NCBI GenBank assembly: GCA_963717525.1
Contig: OY970343.1
Location: 224,001 to 288,000, forward strand
From: an uncultured Methanoregulaceae archaeon
Lineage (GTDB): Archaea; Halobacteriota; Methanomicrobia; Methanomicrobiales; Methanospirillaceae
Length of the DNA stretch: 64,000 nt
Reading direction: 5' to 3'
In this document: one piece after another, positions 20,696 to 30,545 of the stretch
How positions within the stretch are numbered: the stretch's first letter is position 1
Layout: the number at the start of each line of letters is the position of its first letter
Position numbers and translations under genes: made by a program
The notes under the pieces: model-generated
Databases searched by the model: none
What the model saw: the letters and a program-made list of their open reading frames with translations, nothing else
Told to the model about the DNA's origin: nothing

Positions 20696-21742
20696 ATGGC
20701 ATTTAACGACAGATTAAAGGGCATTATCGGAAAAGAGAAGGATCCCCGCGAACAACCCCCCCCACTCCCCCGCAACGAGTTGGATTCGGTTGAAAAAGAA
20801 CTGAATGATATCACCGGGAAACTGGAGGCTGAACGGAAGAGCCAAGAAGGAATGGCACGGTTCTTAAAGCACCCGCTCAAAGTTCTGGTAGAGAAACCCG
20901 AAAATATCCTTATTGTCTGCATCCCGCTCTCATTGATCGTCTTTATCGGCGGATTTGTCTCGATGGTGAAGATGTATGGTATCCAGGTGCTTTTTAACTC
21001 AACCGTTATCGATGATTTTGCGATACTGGCGATCCTTATCTCTATAATTCCCGTTTCAGTTCTCGATTTCAGGGAACAGACCCGAGTAAAAAATCTCGAG
21101 AACGCACTCCCCAACTTCTTCCGTGACCTGGCGGGTATGAATGATTCCGGTATGACCCTGCCCAACGCCGTTCACCTTGTCGCTGGCGCAGAATATGGTA
21201 CCCTGACCCCCCATATACGGAAACTGGACAACGAGATGTCGTGGGGCGTCGGTTTCGTGGAGGGTATGTACCGGTTCGGGAAGGGCTTGGGCACACCGTT
21301 AGCCAACCGGAGTGTCGATCTGATCGCTAAGGCCAGTAAAGCCGGTGGGGATATCAGCGAAGTGCTCCGTGCAGCAGCAAATGATACTTTCGAGGTGGTC
21401 AACCTTGCACAGGAACGCCGGAATAACATGTTTATCTACGTGATCATCGTGATAGTCTCGTGGGCAGTTTTTATGTTTGTTATCGCGGTCCTCGTGAGTT
21501 CCTTTTTAAGTACCATGGCCACCGCGGGCACGGCGGCACAGATGACGGCAGCGAGCAGCAAGTTCATGGGACGCATCGATCTCCCGGCGTACAAACGGTT
21601 GTTCACCCATGCAGCGATGATCCAGGGCTTTTTTTCCGGGCTCTGCGCCGGCCAGATGGGTGAAGGGCGGGTTGTTGCCGGTCTCAAATATTCGGCAATT
21701 ATGCTGATCATATCGTGGGTTGTCTTCCGCTTCTTCATCTGA
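20696..21742 (+). CDS. Second type II secretion system F (TadC-like) protein
   Basis: LPNFFRDLA...SGMTL, GGDISEVL, GQMGEG..AGLKY. Confidence 0.9.
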   Translation: MAFNDRLKGIIGKEKDPREQPPPLPRNELDSVEKELNDITGKLEAERKSQEGMARFLKHPLKVLVEKPENILIVCIPLSLIVFIGGFVSMVKMYGIQVLFNSTVIDDFAILAILISIIPVSVLDFREQTRVKNLENALPNFFRDLAGMNDSGMTLPNAVHLVAGAEYGTLTPHIRKLDNEMSWGVGFVEGMYRFGKGLGTPLANRSVDLIAKASKAGGDISEVLRAAANDTFEVVNLAQERRNNMFIYVIIVIVSWAVFMFVIAVLVSSFLSTMATAGTAAQMTAASSKFMGRIDLPAYKRLFTHAAMIQGFFSGLCAGQMGEGRVVAGLKYSAIMLIISWVVFRFFI

Positions 21743-21890
21743 TTTTTTTATTTTTTATCTTCTCCCATGCGGCTGGCTGCACCAGTAAAAGCCTGAACCG
21801 TTCACTTTTTCCGGTAGAGTATCTACAGGAAGGCCAGTGCCGGGGAACAAGGTAATCCGAAAAGACTAAAAAGAGAATAAAAGGAGGGAA

Positions 21891-22196
21891 TCAGGATATA
21901 TTTTCAGTGCTGTATCCTTTCAGGGAGAGGAGTTCCTTTACCCGGTCGCGGTGGTTACCCTGAAGTTCGATCGAGTTCCCTTTCACCGTTCCGCCACAGG
22001 CAAGTTTTCCTTTCATGAATTTTGAAAGATCTTCGAGGTCAATATCCGTCGGATCGAGGCCTTCTATAACCGTGACCTCTTTTCCGTAACGGCGTTTGTT
22101 GACTTTGACATTGATCCTCTGCTGTTCCTTTGCTACCTCCTCACAGATACAAAGTTCCTTGGGAAGTCCACACGTCGGGCAAATGCCACCAATCAT
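21891..22196 (-). CDS. sui1: Translation initiation factor SUI1/aIF1
   Basis: [32 protein letters not shown]. Confidence 0.95.
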   Translation of the reverse strand: MIGGICPTCGLPKELCICEEVAKEQQRINVKVNKRRYGKEVTVIEGLDPTDIDLEDLSKFMKGKLACGGTVKGNSIELQGNHRDRVKELLSLKGYSTENIS

Positions 22197-22308
22197 TACA
22201 GCTATTTTTAAGTTCTGGTTATTTATTACTTGGCATTGTCCGGACGGTAAAACGGCGTTTATCGCATATTCCGGCACGTATCCGTTTTATGTGGGGGCAT
22301 TCAAATGA

Positions 22309-23758
22309 ATGAGTATGCCGCTCATGGTCGTGGGGACTTCGTCGCATGTGGGAAAAAGCATAACGGTGGCGGCGATCTGCCGGTGCCTGGTGCACCGGGG
22401 AATAAGCGTAGCACCGTTCAAGTCCCAGAACATGAGCCTGAACTCGTTTGTGACCGCAGATGGGGGCGAAATCGGGATAGCACAGGCAATGCAGGCCTGG
22501 GCTGCCCGGCTCTCCCCTACGACCGACATGAACCCGGTGCTGCTCAAGCCGAAAGGTGACTGCGTCTCGCAGGTGGTGCTTTTCGGCCATCCCTATAAGG
22601 ACGTCCCCATCGCGGAGTACTATGCAGAAACGCCCTTCCTTCTATCAGAGGCGGTGGCCGCGTTTGGGCGGCTTATGCAGGAGTACGGCCAGGTTGTTGC
22701 CGAAGGTGCCGGGGGAGCAGCCGAGGTCAATCTGTATGACCGTGATATCGCAAATACGCTGCTTGCAGAGGCCCTCAAAATTCCCCTGATCCTCGTGGCT
22801 GATATTGAGAGAGGGGGTGTATTTGCCCAGGTCTATGGTACCCTGAAACTGCTGCCGGAACCGATCCGGCCACTCGTCCGGGGCATCATTATCAATAAAT
22901 TCCGGGGCGATCCTGCCATCTTTGAAAGCGGAATCCGGATCATCGAGGATCTCACCGGGATTCCGGTGCTCGGCGTTGTGCCGTACTTCTCGATCCCTCT
23001 TCCCAGCGAAGACTCCCTCTCGATCGCAGACAAGGTTCACCGGGATCTCCCGGTCCGTATCGCGGTGATCCGTTTCCCCCATGTATCCAATTTCACGGAC
23101 TTCGAGCTCCTCGAACAGTACGCATCGGTGGAGTACGTGCCCTGCGGGGTGCCCCTTGCCGGCTACGACTGCATCATTCTTCCCGGCACCAAGAACACGA
23201 TCGACGATCTTGCTGCGCTGAGAGCAGCCGGCATGGACCGCGAACTGCTGGCTGCACAGGAAAACGGGGTTCCCGTCATCGGTATCTGCGGGGGGTACCA
23301 GATGCTCGGGAAGACCCTCGTGGACGAGGGGTTTGAGTCCAAAGCCGGCGTGTATCCCGGTCTTGGCCTGCTCGACTGCACCACCCGGTTCGCCTCGTAC
23401 TCCAAGAACACCACGCAGGTTCGCCGCCGGGCAGCACCGGTGCCCCCGATCCTGTCATCCATGGGTGAGGTGACCGGCTGACGAGATCCACATGGGGGTG
23501 ACGAAACCGGGTCTCGATCGCGAGGCATTCTCCGGTGACGGCCGGGTAAACGCTGACGGCCTTGTCTTTGGTACCTACATGCATGGGCTCTTCCTCAATC
23601 CGGCCGCAGCAAATGCGCTGCTCGCCTACTTGTCCGGGAAAAAAGGTCTGCCGTACACCCCGATTCCTGCCGAAGGTTCGGATCCCTACGACATGCTTGC
23701 GTGCCTGTTCGAGGAACATGTCGACATGGAAGCGATCATAACCATTCTGAACGAATAA
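22309..23758 (+). CDS. cobQ: Cobyric acid synthase (frameshift near 23480)
   Basis: [40 protein letters not shown] is restored by removing one base; GTYMHGLF. Confidence 0.93.
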
Positions 23759-23800
23759 CCGGAGCCAATTCAGGCAGGGGCGAAAAAGCAGATCGCCTTT

Positions 23801-24067
23801 TCACCCGATGAGGCTCGTGATGCTATGGAAGCCCTCTCCCTGTCGGTCCGCACACCGGACGGCCTGTACAGCAGAGAGATCCACCTCGCCGGTTACCCGG
23901 CATTTCACGCAGTAAGCCAGTGACGGGGATTTCACGTACTGGCCCTTTACCCTGAATTCCCGGCAGTGGATGCAGAACCGGCAGTGGTCGACCGGTTCCC
24001 GTTTGTCCGGTAAGCATTGCACCGTGCCACCTTTTACCTCAAGCTCCTGGTACGCGTCAGATCCCAT
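23801..24067 (-). CDS. Small Cys-rich hypothetical protein
   Basis: 88 aa; CRFCIHC and CVKC motifs. Confidence 0.65.
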   Translation of the reverse strand: MGSDAYQELEVKGGTVQCLPDKREPVDHCRFCIHCREFRVKGQYVKSPSLAYCVKCRVTGEVDLSAVQAVRCADRQGEGFHSITSLIG

Positions 24068-24138
24068 TCTGCATCCTCTCCTTACTCAGAGTTTCTCGGG
24101 CACTATACTTAAAACAATTCAACGCCAACGTTTGAACC

Positions 24139-25317
24139 ATGAAGGTGTGTATCATGTGCGGGGGCGAAGGAACGCGCCTGCGCCCCCTCACATTCGAACG
24201 TCCCAAGCCCTGTATCCCGATTGTCAACCGCCCCTCTATCCAGCACCTCGTCTCACATCTCTCCAACCTGGGATTTCGCGAAGTGGTGATGACCCTTGGG
24301 TACATGGGAAAGGATATAGAGGCGGCGCTTGGCGACGGCTCGTTGTTTGGCGTCGACATCACCTATGTCCACGAGAAGACCAAGCTCGGCACTGCAGGCA
24401 GCGTACGAAACGCGAAGAAATATCTCGACGGCCAGGATTTCCTTGTTGTCGGCGGCGATCATGTGACGGACCTCAACGTCCTTGATTTCTACCGCACCCA
24501 CCAGAAGGAGAAGGCGATGATCACCATCGGGCTCATCTCAATAGATGACCCGGGTGAATATGGTATCGCCGAGATCGATATCAACTATGAAATAAAGCGG
24601 TTCAAGGAGAAGCCTGCACCCGGCGAAATATTTTCCAATCTTGCCAGTACCGGGATGTATGTCTGCAACCCGGAGATCTTCGATCACATCCCGGCAGGAA
24701 AAAAGTTTGACTTTGCACGGGATCTCTTCCCGCACCTGATGGAAGAGGGAAAATCTCTCAAGGGCTGGCTGGCCAGCGGGAACTGGACCGATGTGGGAAG
24801 CCCGCACTCCCTTCGCCAGGCGGAGCGGTGGAAATTGCAGGACATCGCGATCACCGATATCATCGGCGACCTTACCATGCACGGCGCCCGGGTGCAGGGC
24901 CCGGTTCAGCTTGGCGACTCGATCACGCTGGGGAAAAACACCCGGGTTATCGGGCCGGTGGCGATCGGCCCGGGGACGACCATCGGGAACAACGTGCTGA
25001 TCGGCCCCTACACCAGCATCGGCGAACGGTGCATCATCCGGAACAACGCAAAGATCTTCTCCTCATCGCTCTACAACCGGGCAATCATCGGGGCAAGCAC
25101 CACGATCTCGGGAAGCATTATCGACAACGACACCCATATAGGTGAAGGCTGCAGCATCGAGAACGATACCGTGATCGGCCCCCGGGTTGTTTTACGGAAC
25201 AACGTGGTGGTCCATTCGAAGACCCGGGTCTGGCCCGAGGTCGTGATCAGTGAGGGAACCATCGTAAAAGAGCATATACTCAACGACAAATTCGATCTCC
25301 GGTGTGAGGGATCGTAA
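24139..25317 (+). CDS. NDP-sugar synthase (mannose-1-phosphate guanylyltransferase-like) with hexapeptide repeats
   Basis: GGEGTRLRPLT..RPKP, LGTAG, left-handed beta-helix C-terminus. Confidence 0.92.
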   Translation: MKVCIMCGGEGTRLRPLTFERPKPCIPIVNRPSIQHLVSHLSNLGFREVVMTLGYMGKDIEAALGDGSLFGVDITYVHEKTKLGTAGSVRNAKKYLDGQDFLVVGGDHVTDLNVLDFYRTHQKEKAMITIGLISIDDPGEYGIAEIDINYEIKRFKEKPAPGEIFSNLASTGMYVCNPEIFDHIPAGKKFDFARDLFPHLMEEGKSLKGWLASGNWTDVGSPHSLRQAERWKLQDIAITDIIGDLTMHGARVQGPVQLGDSITLGKNTRVIGPVAIGPGTTIGNNVLIGPYTSIGERCIIRNNAKIFSSSLYNRAIIGASTTISGSIIDNDTHIGEGCSIENDTVIGPRVVLRNNVVVHSKTRVWPEVVISEGTIVKEHILNDKFDLRCEGS

Positions 25318-25332
25318 AAACAGGTAACCTTT

Positions 25333-26118
25333 TTATTGCCGTTTTACCAGCCGGTGCGTGATTGCCACGAGCGGGTGGCGGGCGTAATCCAGCACCTGCA
25401 CGTCATCAAGAGTTTTCAGGTTCATCGTATTTGCGGTCCGCTCCATCCCTAACTCGATATCATCGCTGATCTCAATAATATACGCGTCAAGTGCCGTGAT
25501 GCCAAGCCTCTTTGCGGCAACCGCACGGTGGTGGCCGTCCACGAGGATCGTCCGGCCCGGCCGGCGCACCACGATGATGGGTTCGGCAAGCCCTTTCTTT
25601 ATTTCGTATATCCGGCCTTCGAGTTCGTCTTCGTAGATCTTGGACTGGGTGGGAAGGAGGTCCTTTATGGGGACGATCCCCCGGTTGAGCGCCGGGTCGA
25701 CGCCGTAGAGCTTTTTGAGCGTCGTCATGAAATTAAAAACTTTCTCCGGGGAGACGTGCTCGATCTGCGAGCGGATCACATCGGAATTGGAGATGATCCC
25801 GAGCAGGTGGTTTTTCTCGTCCACGACCGGGAGTTTCTGGATGCCGCTCCGGAAGATCACCCGGGCGGCATCGGTGATGTCCATCTCGGGATCTGCAACA
25901 ATCAGTTCGCCGGACATGGCCTGGGCAATCGTCTCCCCGGGCTTTACAAAGAGAAGGTCGCGGGCGGCGATGTATCCGACCACCTCGTCCTTGTCAAGGA
26001 CCGGGAAGCCGTCGTGTTTGGTCTGCTGGATCTTCTCAATAACCGCTTCCACCGTCCCATGGAGATCCACGCTGACAACATCATAGGTCATATAGTCCTT
26101 GACCTTTTTCTTGTCCAT
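25333..26118 (-). CDS. CBS-pair + ParB/Srx-like domain protein
   Basis: Two CBS domains; PTQSKIY...PIIVV...ILVDGHHRAVAA. Confidence 0.9.
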   Translation of the reverse strand: MDKKKVKDYMTYDVVSVDLHGTVEAVIEKIQQTKHDGFPVLDKDEVVGYIAARDLLFVKPGETIAQAMSGELIVADPEMDITDAARVIFRSGIQKLPVVDEKNHLLGIISNSDVIRSQIEHVSPEKVFNFMTTLKKLYGVDPALNRGIVPIKDLLPTQSKIYEDELEGRIYEIKKGLAEPIIVVRRPGRTILVDGHHRAVAAKRLGITALDAYIIEISDDIELGMERTANTMNLKTLDDVQVLDYARHPLVAITHRLVKRQ

Positions 26119-26426
26119 CCGTACAGCTTCCGGCGCCCGTGACTTTAAAGGAATCGGTAAAAAAGCAGAAGAGGGTAGCAGGGGTTTATTCGATTGCGAT
26201 GGAGCTCACTGCGGGGCGCCGGAAGCATTCCGCCCCCCACATTGGGCCAATCGTTTGAATTACAAATGACACCTTCCTTGCCCCGCCGTGCCTCGCGAGG
26301 GCCCTGAGGGGAGCCCTTGCGCTCTTTTCCCATGATCGTGGCGCACAAAAGCAGGCTAGAACGTGGATAACTACAACGGATCGAGCCTTCCTGAAAACGA
26401 AAAAAAGTCCCGCCACTATAACCTCC

Positions 26427-26630
26427 TTACCTCCCTTTTATCTCTTTTTCCTCCTCTTCCTTCAGGTGCTTGTTTTCTACATACCGGTCAGCCACGAGGA
26501 GGGCCACACTTGCCACAGCAAAAACAAGTGCCCCCTGTTTGGTGTATTGTCTGATCACTGCAATCAGGGCCGTGATAATTACTGCATAGAGTAGGGTGTT
26601 TGTTACATGCCGTTTGTACCTGTATTTCAT
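26427..26630 (-). CDS. Small two-TM hypothetical protein
   Basis: 67 aa, two hydrophobic stretches, GGTG SD-like upstream. Confidence 0.55.
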   Translation of the reverse strand: MKYRYKRHVTNTLLYAVIITALIAVIRQYTKQGALVFAVASVALLVADRYVENKHLKEEEEKEIKGR

Positions 26631-26769
26631 CCTGTTTCACCACGTTTTCATTCTCCATTCTCCATTATAAATGAACTTCCTCTGCCTGATATGATTCAAT
26701 CAGTGGTTTGAGGATCATGCTAATCTCTTCTTACACGTTCAAGGCCGGACCGGTCCCGCCCATCCATAC

Positions 26770-27030
26770 GCGGGGGGGTGACCTCCACCTGCACGGGCAA
26801 AGGGGGTGGCGGGTGCTGCCGGTTTCCGGAAAAAGTAGGGAAGGGTGTACCCCCCACCTTCATCCCCCTCCAGCCCCTTCATCGCCCGGGCCGGCCGTCG
26901 GAGACTGGCCCGGGTTAGTTAGTTGTACATTTGACTATCAATTGTACATCTGATTATCAGATGTACATCTGACAACCTGGACCCACATCTGCGGTTATGA
27001 AGGGGAGGGGGGAGGTCTACCCCCCTTTTC
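26770..27030. repeat. GC-rich inverted-repeat element enclosing three 19-bp-period palindromes
   Basis: CCCCTCCAGCCCCTTCAT vs ATGAAGGGGAGGGG arms; TGTACA cores at 26924, 26943, 26962. Confidence 0.7.
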
Positions 27031-27151
27031 ATCAGGGACAGCCCTGCATGCTTCTCCCCTCCCGGTCGGTATGACCGCTCAACCCCGTTCTTCATCGTAT
27101 CAGAATAGTTTATGACCGTTCAACATGGATTAAATAAGGAGGATTTTAGGA

Positions 27152-27853
27152 ATGGGCACAAAAAAAAAGGCAGAGAAATCGAAGAAGTTATGGATAAAAG
27201 TACTTGCAGTCGTTGCCGGTATATTTTTTGCTGCAGTTATGGTGTTGTCAGCGATGGGATCAAGCTGGATCACCTCATTTGCCGTGATCAAGCCCGGTGA
27301 TGTGGCGGTCGTGGATTACACCCTGCGGGATGCGCAGGGAACCCCGATTATGACCTCAAACCAGCAGTTATACACGCAGCTCGCCAGCCAGGGCTCCGGG
27401 GTCCTGTACTCCAAGCAACTGACGATCACGGCAAACCAGTCCCTTGCCACCGGGGTATTCCCTGTACAGTTCTATACCTCGTCAACCGGCTGGTCGACCC
27501 AGAACCAGTTCGCCCTGTTTTCCACTGAATACAATGCTATCAGCTCGGGTATCGTGGGTCTTAAGGCCAACAGCCAGAAAACGATCTCCCTGTCAACAGC
27601 CAAACCCATGACCCAGTTCTGGTCAGCAGACCAGCTGGCAGCCAGTAACATGAGCCTTTCATCGGTCCAGATTGGCGAGCTCATCGCCCTTGGCGTTTCC
27701 AGCAGCGCCAATGCGGCGCAGGCAAACTCTACTGAGCCAGCCTATGTCAGGATCGGCGAAGTGTCTAACAAGACACCGGATGGCATCACCATCGATTTCT
27801 CCTATCCTAGTGTTGACGTTACCGTTGTATCGATCAACCAGGCATCGAGCTGA
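27152..27853 (+). CDS. Membrane-anchored FKBP-type PPIase-like protein
   Basis: N-terminal TM; KPGDVAVVDYTLRD, IVGLK..KTI, ITIDF resemble the long-type FKBP/SlyD fold. Confidence 0.6.
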   Translation: MGTKKKAEKSKKLWIKVLAVVAGIFFAAVMVLSAMGSSWITSFAVIKPGDVAVVDYTLRDAQGTPIMTSNQQLYTQLASQGSGVLYSKQLTITANQSLATGVFPVQFYTSSTGWSTQNQFALFSTEYNAISSGIVGLKANSQKTISLSTAKPMTQFWSADQLAASNMSLSSVQIGELIALGVSSSANAAQANSTEPAYVRIGEVSNKTPDGITIDFSYPSVDVTVVSINQASS

Positions 27854-28037
27854 TCCCCTTTTTTTGATTTTTTCCCGATGCAATGGTGTCGTACCCCGAC
27901 CTCATTACTGCCGGGCTGAGGTATTTACCGGTAAAGGTTTGGAAAGATTACCAGATAAGTGGTGACTCTTGTTGTTTTCCCGTTCCGACCCGCCCCGATT
28001 ACCAATGCCGGGCATCTGGCAGAGCTATAAAAAAGAC

Positions 28038-28613
28038 CTATGACCGGAACCCGTAGATACGCTTGATCCGGTGGGCGATCGTCTTCCAGCCCTCTTTTCT
28101 CATCAGCGGGCCGTCACGCAGCTTGATATGGGAGAGGGTGAACCGTTTCCCGTCGACCACGTACTTCTCGCCGACCACAAACTCATCCTCTCCCTCGCAT
28201 TCCTTATAGAGCGGGATCGTCTTCCTGCCATCATGGACGGAGATCTTCACGACAACACGGTCGATGGTCCTCGTCCAGAGAGTAGTAATCTCTCTGACCT
28301 TCGCACGCGGCAGCCTTTTTCCCCCACACTCGATCGCTGTAACTTCAACACCGTAGGCCTCGTCCCCGCATTCCGCGACCAGATGATCGTCAAGGAAACA
28401 TTCATCTTCAGGGTCAAATTCTATGGTACCGGTCAGGGAAGTTCCTTCACGGGAAACAATCGTCTTTATCACCAGCATTTCAGGTTCCTTCTCCCAAGGG
28501 ATCCGGTGGTGGTGACCGCATGCGGTACACCGGACGAGGCGGTCGCGGGACTCAGAAAGAACCTCGTGCTCGGTCTCTTCCCTGCACTCGGGACACAAAA
28601 CGGTGATAAACAT
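28038..28613 (-). CDS. HVO_0476-family archaeal zinc-finger protein
   Basis: CPEC.EETEHEVL...VRCTACGHHH; ITTLWTR; IKRIYG. Confidence 0.85.
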   Translation of the reverse strand: MFITVLCPECREETEHEVLSESRDRLVRCTACGHHHRIPWEKEPEMLVIKTIVSREGTSLTGTIEFDPEDECFLDDHLVAECGDEAYGVEVTAIECGGKRLPRAKVREITTLWTRTIDRVVVKISVHDGRKTIPLYKECEGEDEFVVGEKYVVDGKRFTLSHIKLRDGPLMRKEGWKTIAHRIKRIYGFRS

Positions 28614-28646
28614 TGAATATGATTGGCAACCCTCACATGATAAAGC

Positions 28647-29075
28647 ATGGAGGCGCAGGAAATTATCCGGTGCCGGGGGCATCCCCACGTCCTTGGTACC
28701 CACCAGACGACATTTGAGGTGACCCGCGGGGAGCAACTCACCCACAACGGTAACTGTATCATCGGCATCGGTGCCGACAAGGGCTGCGCCGGCCTCTCTG
28801 CTGCCTTCAGAAAAATACTTGCCCACGATGACGCGGTCCTTGTGACGCGGCTTTCTACCGGGGAGGTCGAAATCGAGGTGCGATCCCGCGGATCGGCACA
28901 CCTGACTCTCGATCACCCGGCCGATCTGGTCTGGCGGCGCAGCACGTTTACCTGCGGGAGAACTATCGGCATCTGCTCAAACCAGGTCGCCGCAACGCTG
29001 CCGCGGGAACTGATCGCCCGGCTCCGGAACGGGGACGAGATGACCGTCATCTTGACCGTTACGCGTCCCGGCTGA
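28647..29075 (+). CDS. DUF371 family protein
   Basis: RGHPHVLGTHQTTFEVT...GNCIIGIGADK, VWRRS. Confidence 0.88.
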   Translation: MEAQEIIRCRGHPHVLGTHQTTFEVTRGEQLTHNGNCIIGIGADKGCAGLSAAFRKILAHDDAVLVTRLSTGEVEIEVRSRGSAHLTLDHPADLVWRRSTFTCGRTIGICSNQVAATLPRELIARLRNGDEMTVILTVTRPG

Positions 29076-29244
29076 GCGTCGTAATCTTTTCTTCAGCGTC
29101 GGCAAGCAGGGTTTCGCACTGCTTCACGAGCACTGCGCCCTGTTCGTAGAGCTTCATGCTCTCGTCAAGACTCGTGCCGCCGTCCTCGATCTTTGCAATG
29201 ATCTGCCGTAACTGCTCGATCTTTTCTTCATAGGTTTCCGTCAT
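29059..29244 (-). CDS. xseB: Exodeoxyribonuclease VII small subunit
   Basis: TYEEKIEQL..I...IE.G..SLDESMKLYEQG. Confidence 0.92.
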   Translation of the reverse strand: MTETYEEKIEQLRQIIAKIEDGGTSLDESMKLYEQGAVLVKQCETLLADAEEKITTLSRDA

Positions 29245-30502
29245 GCTCCACACGCTCCGCCACGACCCGGCTCCTGCCATCGTAAAACCGCAGGTCCAGC
29301 CGGTCGTCTTTTCTCACGGTATTCACTGATCTCACCACGATACCCTCTTTTTCCGCCACGCAGTACCCCCGGGCGAGCACCGCACGCGGGCTTCTCCCTT
29401 CCAGTGCCGTCTTCATCTCCGCAAGTACGAGGCGGTCGCGTTCGATCCGGGTCGCCAGCGCCCGTTCGAGCCGGTCAGAGAGATCTGCCGTGGCCTGCCT
29501 TTTCTCTCCAATCCTGCGACAGAACCGCTGCGGGCGGAGACGATCCCGGAGATCAGCGACCTCTTTTAGGGCCCCTGATATGCGGGCAAGCAGGGTTGCA
29601 CTCAGCTGGCACCGGAGATCCGCAAGCGCGATCCGGAGATCTTTTCTGTCAGGTACCACCAGCTCGGCCGCCGCAGAGGGGGTGGGCGCCCGCATATCGG
29701 CGGCAAGATCAGCGAGTGTTACATCCACCTCGTGACCGATGGCCGAGACGACCGGAACCGGGCAGGCCACAATTGCCCGCACGACATCGGGATGGTTGAA
29801 GGAAAAGAGATCCTCGAAACTCCCGCCACCCCGGGCAATAATCACCACGTCAACGTGCGCTGCTACACGTTCGATCGCCCGCGCAATATTAACGTGCGCA
29901 TCTTCGCCCTGGACTGCGGTGGGAGATATGACGATCTCTACCGGGAAACGACGGGCAATGACGGTACGGATATCGTGGATGACCGCCCCGGTCTCCGAGG
30001 TGACCACGCCCACCCGTGCGGGAAAGGGCGGCAGCGGGCGTTTGCGCTCCGCGGCAAAACATCCCTCCGCAGCGAGATCCTTTTTCCACCTCTCGACAAG
30101 CAGGTACTTCTCCCCGGCGCCCCCCCGGGTCATCTTTTTGACCTGCAACTGGTAGGCTCCCGCCGGCGGGTACACCCGTACCGAACCGGTGACGACGACC
30201 TCCATGCCGTCCTCCGGCGCAAAGGAAAGCCGGTCCGCATCAGACCGCCACATGACACACCTGATGACCGCCGCCGTGCTCCCGCCGCCTTTCTCAGAGA
30301 GGGAAAAATACCGGTGGCCCCGGCTGTGGTGCTTGTAGTTGGTGACTTCGCCCAGTACCCTGATGTCCTGCAACTGCCGGTCATCAAGAAGGCGTTCGAT
30401 GATACCACTGATCTCCCGGACCGTGAGCGGACTATCCGGTACCACGGGCATTTCCGGCCGTTCCTGCATTTCTGAAGGCTCGGTGCGGTAAAACCAGTCC
30501 AT
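29228..30502 (-). CDS. xseA: Exodeoxyribonuclease VII large subunit
   Basis: GHRYFSL, RGGGSFEDL, SAIGHEVD, APTPSAAAE, LARGY. Confidence 0.96.
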   Translation of the reverse strand: MDWFYRTEPSEMQERPEMPVVPDSPLTVREISGIIERLLDDRQLQDIRVLGEVTNYKHHSRGHRYFSLSEKGGGSTAAVIRCVMWRSDADRLSFAPEDGMEVVVTGSVRVYPPAGAYQLQVKKMTRGGAGEKYLLVERWKKDLAAEGCFAAERKRPLPPFPARVGVVTSETGAVIHDIRTVIARRFPVEIVISPTAVQGEDAHVNIARAIERVAAHVDVVIIARGGGSFEDLFSFNHPDVVRAIVACPVPVVSAIGHEVDVTLADLAADMRAPTPSAAAELVVPDRKDLRIALADLRCQLSATLLARISGALKEVADLRDRLRPQRFCRRIGEKRQATADLSDRLERALATRIERDRLVLAEMKTALEGRSPRAVLARGYCVAEKEGIVVRSVNTVRKDDRLDLRFYDGRSRVVAERVEHDGNL

Positions 30503-30545
30503 GAAGGAAATATTATGCATAAAGCGCTTATCAATTAGTATTATC

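Noticed and set aside
23476..23495. TGA in cobQ as selenocysteine or readthrough
   Set aside because: The downstream part is in a different frame; removing one G restores the conserved GYEIH, so it is an indel
26194..26275. Fluoride riboswitch-like words (GCGATGGAGCTCAC ... AATGACACCT)
   Set aside because: P1 and pseudoknot pairings mismatch, and no plus-strand gene follows directly
26140..26420. RNase P RNA or SRP RNA in this structured intergenic region
   Set aside because: Could not find the P4 GAGGAAAGTCC motif or the SRP helix-8 motif on either strand
26632..26650. TGTTTCAC half-match to bacterial parS near the CBS-ParB gene
   Set aside because: Only a half site, and it coincides with the SD region of the 26427-26630 gene
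26919..26991. Mini-CRISPR interpretation of the TGTACA repeats
   Set aside because: 19-bp period leaves no spacers; no cas genes in the window
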